From Bacteroidota bacterium (GTDB lineage Bacteria > Bacteroidota > Ignavibacteria > UBA10030 > UBA8401): a DNA stretch of 64,000 nucleotides. Numbering within the stretch: the stretch's first letter is position 1; each line of letters starts with the position of its first letter. Below, piece by piece: positions 59,548 through 64,000 of this stretch. The stretch covers positions 12,018-76,017 of the forward strand of contig JAUXTU010000047.1 of assembly GCA_030679145.1 (NCBI GenBank), written 5' to 3'. Position numbers and translations under genes: made by a program. The notes below the pieces were generated by a model. That model worked only from the letters and a program-made list of their open reading frames with translations, had not been told where the DNA came from and did no database searches.

Positions 59548-59576
59548 ACTTCATAATTCATCTTTCATCCTTAAGT

Positions 59577-61232
59577 TCAAACTTGTAACACCCCCGTCTT
59601 AAACTCCGCCATGTTCGGATTACAATTTGCCATTGCAATTCCGCGGGAGATGACATTGCGCGTTTCCAATGGATCGATAATTCCATCAACCCACAACCGA
59701 GCTGCGGCAAATTTCGGATCGAGTTCGGTCTCGTATGTTTTCTGGATCTCATCGAGAAGCTGTTTCTGCTGTTCTGCGGAAATATGCGTTCCCCCTTTTT
59801 CCATCGCCTGTACTTTTATTGCAAGAAGCGTTTCACTCGCCTGTTTCCCGCCCATCACCGCGATCTGCGCCGAATGCCAGCCGTAGATCAATCGCGGATC
59901 GTACGCTTTTCCGCACATTGCATAATTCCCCGCGCCGTAACTATTTCCCGTGATGATCGTGAATTTCGGAACGACGGAATTTGCAACTGCATTCACCATC
60001 TTCGCGCCATCTTTAATGATGCCGCCATGCTCGCTTCTGCTTCCAACCATGAATCCAGTCACATCCTGAAAGAATACTAACGGGATTTTTTTCTGATTAC
60101 AATTGAGAATGAACCGCGCTGCTTTATCCGCACTGTCGGAATAGATCACTCCGCCGACCTGCATCTCTCCTTTTGCAGTTTTGGTGATCGCACGCTGATT
60201 TGCGACGATGCCAACAGCCCAACCATCGATCCGTGCATAACCGCAGATGATTGATTTGCCGAATCCTGCTTTGTATTCATCCATTTCGCTGTCATCAATG
60301 ATACGCGAGAGAATTTGATATGTATCGTACGGTTTATTCCGTTCAACGGGAAGTATTCCGTAAATATCTTTTGGATCGAACTTTGGCTTAGAAGGTTTTT
60401 CGTAATTGAATCCTGCCACAGGGAAACGCCCAAGCTTGGAAATGATACTTCTAATTTTTTTCAACGCCGCTTCATCGTTCGCCATTTTATGGTCGGTCAC
60501 TCCGCTGATCTCGCAATGGACCGTCGCTCCGCCGAGCGATTCGTTATCGATCTCTTCACCGATTGCCGCTTTCACCAAATGCGAACCGGCAAGAAACACG
60601 CTTCCCGTTTTATCCACGATCATTGCTTCATCACTCATAATGGGAAGATACGCGCCGCCCGCAACACACATTCCCATAATTGCAGCAATCTGCGTTATTC
60701 CCATTGCGGACATCACTGCGTTGTTCCGAAAAATCCTTCCAAAATGTTCTTTGTCAGGAAAAATTTCTGATTGCAGCGGAAGAAATACCCCCGCCGAATC
60801 AACCAGATAAACGATCGGCAGACGATTTTCAATTGCAATTTCCTGAGCGCGAAGATTCTTCTTTGCTGTAATGGGAAACCACGCTCCCGCTTTCACCGTT
60901 GCATCGTTTGCAACGATCACCACATCACGATTATGAATCTTCCCAATTCCAAAAACAGTTCCGGCGGATGGCGCACCGCCATACTCTGCATACATTTCAT
61001 ACGCAGAAAAAAGACCAACTTCTAAAAATTTAGATTTTGGATCGATAAGCACTTCGATCCGCTCACGCGCAGTCAATTTTCCTTTTTTCTTATGCTTCAA
61101 GATCGCGTCGATCCCACCGCCAAGCTTGACTTTTTTCGCATGGGTTTCCAGTTCCTTCAACGCCTTCTTGTGGAATGCTTCGTTACGCTTAAAAGCTTCA
61201 TCTTTTTTTATTTCGGAACCTATTTGTGCCAT
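59577..61232 (-). CDS. Acyl-CoA carboxylase carboxyltransferase subunit (methylcrotonyl-/propionyl-CoA carboxylase beta-like, LiuB-like)
   Basis: 551 aa. GKLTARERIEVLIDP..., two crotonase-fold CT domains, MVGSRSEHGGIIKDGAKMV. Confidence 0.85.
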   Translation of the reverse strand: MAQIGSEIKKDEAFKRNEAFHKKALKELETHAKKVKLGGGIDAILKHKKKGKLTARERIEVLIDPKSKFLEVGLFSAYEMYAEYGGAPSAGTVFGIGKIHNRDVVIVANDATVKAGAWFPITAKKNLRAQEIAIENRLPIVYLVDSAGVFLPLQSEIFPDKEHFGRIFRNNAVMSAMGITQIAAIMGMCVAGGAYLPIMSDEAMIVDKTGSVFLAGSHLVKAAIGEEIDNESLGGATVHCEISGVTDHKMANDEAALKKIRSIISKLGRFPVAGFNYEKPSKPKFDPKDIYGILPVERNKPYDTYQILSRIIDDSEMDEYKAGFGKSIICGYARIDGWAVGIVANQRAITKTAKGEMQVGGVIYSDSADKAARFILNCNQKKIPLVFFQDVTGFMVGSRSEHGGIIKDGAKMVNAVANSVVPKFTIITGNSYGAGNYAMCGKAYDPRLIYGWHSAQIAVMGGKQASETLLAIKVQAMEKGGTHISAEQQKQLLDEIQKTYETELDPKFAAARLWVDGIIDPLETRNVISRGIAMANCNPNMAEFKTGVLQV

Positions 61233-61384
61233 ATTTTTTCTTTAATAAACAATTAACAGTTACCAATTACCAATATGATATTACTGAAATTCTCGACATT
61301 GATTTTCTGGTAATTGGTTATTGATCATTGTTAATTGTCCGTAATTATTTTAATAAGTTTTTCGCAATCACCATCTTCTATCAC
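61175..61384. repeat. Copy A of a ~210-bp direct repeat (carboxyltransferase 5' end, its upstream ~100-bp imperfect palindrome, and an acyl-CoA dehydrogenase 3'-end remnant)
   Basis: About 90% identical to 62048..62258. Confidence 0.8.
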
Positions 61385-61560
61385 TATTTCTTTCGCGAAG
61401 AATAATGTGCCGATGGTTCAGCGATCCGATATTTTCCAACGCTTCTTTTTGTTTCACTTTCTTTGAAATCGTCGTATATCTTTTTAAGATCAAATTTAAA
61501 TTTTTTTGCATGCGCCTCGCGCTGTTTTCGAACTTCTTCTACAATAGGATCTTTTTTCAT
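61384..61560 (-). CDS. 58-aa basic protein (MKKDPIVEEVRKQREAHAKKFKFDLKKIYDDFKESETKRSVGKYRIAEPSAHYSSRKK). Putative antitoxin-like partner of the PIN gene. Not in the ORF track because it is under 60 aa.
   Basis: Hand translation. Its ATG is 1 nt past the PIN gene stop. Its stop falls exactly at the repeat boundary. Confidence 0.5.
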   Translation of the reverse strand: MKKDPIVEEVRKQREAHAKKFKFDLKKIYDDFKESETKRSVGKYRIAEPSAHYSSRKK

Positions 61561-61561
61561 A

Positions 61562-62035
61562 TTATTCTCCGAATAGTTCTAAGGGAGTGCAAAGAATTGG
61601 AAGTTCATAACCAAGTGAAAAGGCAATTTTTGATAACTCCTTTTGAATTGACGCATTTGCAATATGTGCACAATTCCAACTTAATAAATAATCAACATGA
61701 TGAACTGTTGCAACGGAAATGTGCAATGCATCTTCAGAAGCTTTCTTAGGCATTGAACTTAATTTCATAAAACTTTCTGCAACTGACAATACTTCATTCT
61801 TCATCGGTAAGATATTACACTCCGATGCATAGGAAAATCTTTTCCTTGCTGCCGCAACATCACCTCTTCCTGCTTCGCGCAAGACAATTTCAGAGACGTA
61901 CAATTCAAATTTTGTTGATTCCGTCCTCCACCAATCTTTTGTTACAGTTTGATGCGCAGAAACAATTTTATTTGCACTCGTTCTTGCAGCAAGATAACTC
62001 AACACCGATGTTTCGATATATACTTTCTGTTTCAT
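61562..62035 (-). CDS. PIN-domain protein (VapC-like toxin candidate)
   Basis: MKQKVYIETSVLSYL (acidic 1), VLREAG (Glu), SEDALHISVATVHHVDYLLSWNCAHIAN (Asp 3/4 region). Confidence 0.55.
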   Translation of the reverse strand: MKQKVYIETSVLSYLAARTSANKIVSAHQTVTKDWWRTESTKFELYVSEIVLREAGRGDVAAARKRFSYASECNILPMKNEVLSVAESFMKLSSMPKKASEDALHISVATVHHVDYLLSWNCAHIANASIQKELSKIAFSLGYELPILCTPLELFGE

Positions 62036-62047
62036 TTATGTTTATAC

Positions 62048-62258
62048 CGTTAATTCTTCGTTCCGTTTGAAGGCTTCGTCTTTTTTTATTTCAGAACCTA
62101 TTCGTGCCATATTTTTTCTTCAATGAACAATTAACAGTTACCAATTACCAATATAATAGCACTGAAATTCTCGATATTGATTTTCTGGTAATTGGTTATT
62201 GATCATTGTTAATTGTCCATAATTATTTCAATAGACTCTTCGCAATCACCATCTTCTG
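62048..62258. repeat. Copy B of the ~210-bp direct repeat. Includes a 22-codon remnant of the carboxyltransferase start (MARIGSEIKKDEAFKRNEELTV*) and overlaps the true acyl-CoA dehydrogenase 3' end.
   Basis: Aligned by eye to 61175..61384. Confidence 0.8.
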
Positions 62259-63536
62259 CACTTCGCTGGTTCCTTCGCCGATCGTCAGCAGTTTCACGTC
62301 GCGGTAGAATTTCTCTACCGGAAAATCTTTCGTGAAGCCGTAGCCGCCGTGGATCTGCACCGCTTCGCCCGATGCGCGCGTGGCGACTTCGCTCGCAAAA
62401 TATTTCGCCTGCGCCGCTTCAAGGTTCACATCTTTTCCTTCCATTCTCATCGACGCAGCTTTGTGTGTAAGCAGACGAGCCGCTTCGATCTCCATCGCCA
62501 TATCGGCAATTTTGAATTGGATCCCTTGGTTATCTCCGATCGGTTTGCCAAACTGCACACGCTCTTTTGCATATTTAATGCTCGCTTCCATTGCACCCTG
62601 CGCAAGACCGACCGACAGCGCGGCAATGCCAATTCTTCCGCCGTCGAGAACGCTCAGCGCCTGCTTAAATCCTTCACCAACATTCCCGATCAAATTTTCT
62701 GCAGGAATGCGAACATTTTCAAAATTCAGCGATGCCGTTTCACTGCAGCGCATTCCAAGTTTATTTTCCTTTTTACCGGAGGAAAATCCGGGCGTTCCTT
62801 TTTCAACAATGAATGCCGAGATCGATTTGTTCTTTGTCTTATCCGTTACCGCAAGAACAACAAACGTATCGCCCGAAATTCCGTGTGTAATAAAATTCTT
62901 GCTTCCGTTGATCACCCACTCGTTTCCCTCTTTCACTGCAAATGTTCTCATTCCTCCCGCATCGCTTCCGGAAAACGCTTCGGTCAAACCCCAGCCGCCG
63001 AGTTTTTTCCCGCTGCAGAGATCGGGAAGATATTTTTTCTTCAACGCTTCATTGGCAAAATTATAGATGTGACTGACGCAGAGTCCGTTGTGCGCGCAAA
63101 GACCAAGCGCAACTGATGGATCGACCTTTGCGATCTCTTCGATGATGACCGTGAAGTCGAGCACCGAAAGCCCTGCGCCGCCGTATTCTTCGGGATAATA
63201 TGCGCCGAGAAAACCAAGCTCCGCCATCTTCGCAAAGATCGCTTTCGGAAATTCTTGCGACTCATCGTACTTCATTACGTGCGGTTTGATCTCTTTTTCG
63301 GCAAAGTCGCGCGCCATTTGCTGAACCATTATCATTTGTTCAGTTGCCCGGCTATTGTATTGCGGGGGTTGTGGAAAACTCATTGCTGCTTCGGACATGC
63401 GTGTTCCTTCATATGTTTGATGAAGATTAATTGAAAATCTACCCGTCATCCCGAACCCTGAACAAAATCTTTTCAGGGCAGGCTTGTTTCGGGATCCATA
63501 AGATGCTGAAACAAGTTCAGCATGACGAAAACTCAC
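62223..63536 (-). CDS. Acyl-CoA dehydrogenase (isovaleryl-/short-branched-chain type). True start probably about 63383-63398 (MSFPQPP.../MSEAAMS...), so the track ORF is over-extended at the 5' end.
   Basis: TEQMIMVQQMARDFAEKEI aligns with the canonical ACAD N-terminus. C-terminal catalytic Glu region ...YRDVKLLTIGEGTSEVQKMVIAK. Confidence 0.85.
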   Translation of the reverse strand: MSFRHAELVSASYGSRNKPALKRFCSGFGMTGRFSINLHQTYEGTRMSEAAMSFPQPPQYNSRATEQMIMVQQMARDFAEKEIKPHVMKYDESQEFPKAIFAKMAELGFLGAYYPEEYGGAGLSVLDFTVIIEEIAKVDPSVALGLCAHNGLCVSHIYNFANEALKKKYLPDLCSGKKLGGWGLTEAFSGSDAGGMRTFAVKEGNEWVINGSKNFITHGISGDTFVVLAVTDKTKNKSISAFIVEKGTPGFSSGKKENKLGMRCSETASLNFENVRIPAENLIGNVGEGFKQALSVLDGGRIGIAALSVGLAQGAMEASIKYAKERVQFGKPIGDNQGIQFKIADMAMEIEAARLLTHKAASMRMEGKDVNLEAAQAKYFASEVATRASGEAVQIHGGYGFTKDFPVEKFYRDVKLLTIGEGTSEVQKMVIAKSLLK

Positions 63537-63628
63537 GAGCGTAAATTCAAAACGCCAGGCTCCGCTATGTTTTAGCCAATACCAGACGTTGGTGTATGAA
63601 AATAGAAAAGGCGGGCTTGAAGTGCAAT

Positions 63629-64000
63629 TTAAATTATAGTAAACCCAATTTCTTTTAGATAATCAAAAGTAGGATCATAGAATTCTTGTTTTCGAGTTGG
63701 ATCTTCTATATCTCCATTTGGGACAACAATGATCATTCCTTGTCGAGCACGGGTTAACAACACCCGGTATGCGTTCTTCTGATAATTTCTTCTCTCTTCA
63801 CTTTTAATATTATTCCATCGATTACCACGAAAAGATTTATTAATCCAACCATTTTTGGAATATCTAAAATCTGCATCCCAAGTAATGCAAGTCCAATCAA
63901 GTTCTAATCCTTGTACGTCAAATTCTGTGGCAACATCTTCAAGATAGTATGATGATCGAACATCATCTTTTTCGTTTAAAAACCAATTAACAGGTTTCAT
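63629..64000 (-). CDS. C-terminal region of an SF1-helicase/DUF2075-like ATPase (YRVLLTRARQGMIIVVP resembles the conserved UvrD_C-like C-terminus). The ATG sits at the window edge, so the gene may continue beyond 64000.
   Basis: ORF track plus motif resemblance only. Confidence 0.3.
   Translation of the reverse strand: MKPVNWFLNEKDDVRSSYYLEDVATEFDVQGLELDWTCITWDADFRYSKNGWINKSFRGNRWNNIKSEERRNYQKNAYRVLLTRARQGMIIVVPNGDIEDPTRKQEFYDPTFDYLKEIGFTII

Noticed and set aside
59400-59580. Possible CRISPR-like or minisatellite array
   Set aside because: The units are 6-nt simple-sequence repeats (GATGAA) with no spacer-sized unique segments and no cas genes. Reported as a simple-sequence tract instead.
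62349-63116. 255-aa and 228-aa plus-strand ORFs
   Set aside because: Antisense to the well-supported acyl-CoA dehydrogenase gene. Arg/Cys-rich nonsense composition.

Overview
Low-GC chromosomal window, almost entirely coding, mostly on the minus strand. From the gene content I infer a Bacteroidota/Ignavibacteriota-type genome: T9SS C-terminal sorting domains ending in NYPNPFNPTT, a roughly 285-aa RpoD, PrsW and LPP20-family lipoproteins. No rRNA, tRNA or CRISPR array was seen. The first 17 kb is a carbohydrate-utilisation locus without SusC/SusD-type genes. It holds a partial TonB-dependent receptor, two paralogous T9SS-secreted LamG/CBM9-like proteins, an SGNH esterase with a discoidin domain and T9SS tail, a secreted GH65 hydrolase, ribokinase, a GRP-family sugar transporter, a GH3 beta-glucosidase and a LacI-family regulator. 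The T9SS cargo genes and GH65 share near-identical upstream blocks, and a duplicated 3' fragment of ribokinase sits next to GH65 (segmental duplication). The rest is mostly housekeeping: parAB, crcB, fmt, def, rpoD, deoB, hisS, lgt, rlmB, corA, maeB, liuB-like. Several accessory insertions interrupt it. A GxxExxY gene is bracketed by perfect 24-bp inverted repeats. An AbrB-like/PIN-like/Cys-rich mini-protein triplet with ATGA-coupled junctions sits between deoB and rpoD. A PIN gene plus a 58-aa partner lies between two ~210-bp direct repeats that duplicate the 5' end of the carboxyltransferase gene and the 3' end of the acyl-CoA dehydrogenase gene. fmt carries an in-frame (GAATTCA)x4.9 heptamer tract. 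A five-gene LPP20/PrsW envelope cluster is present. Best candidates for a new or mobile system are the repeat-flanked PIN module, the three-gene mini-operon, the IR-flanked GxxExxY cassette and the LPP20/PrsW cluster. All calls rest on reading the ORF translations and DNA by eye. No database search was run.
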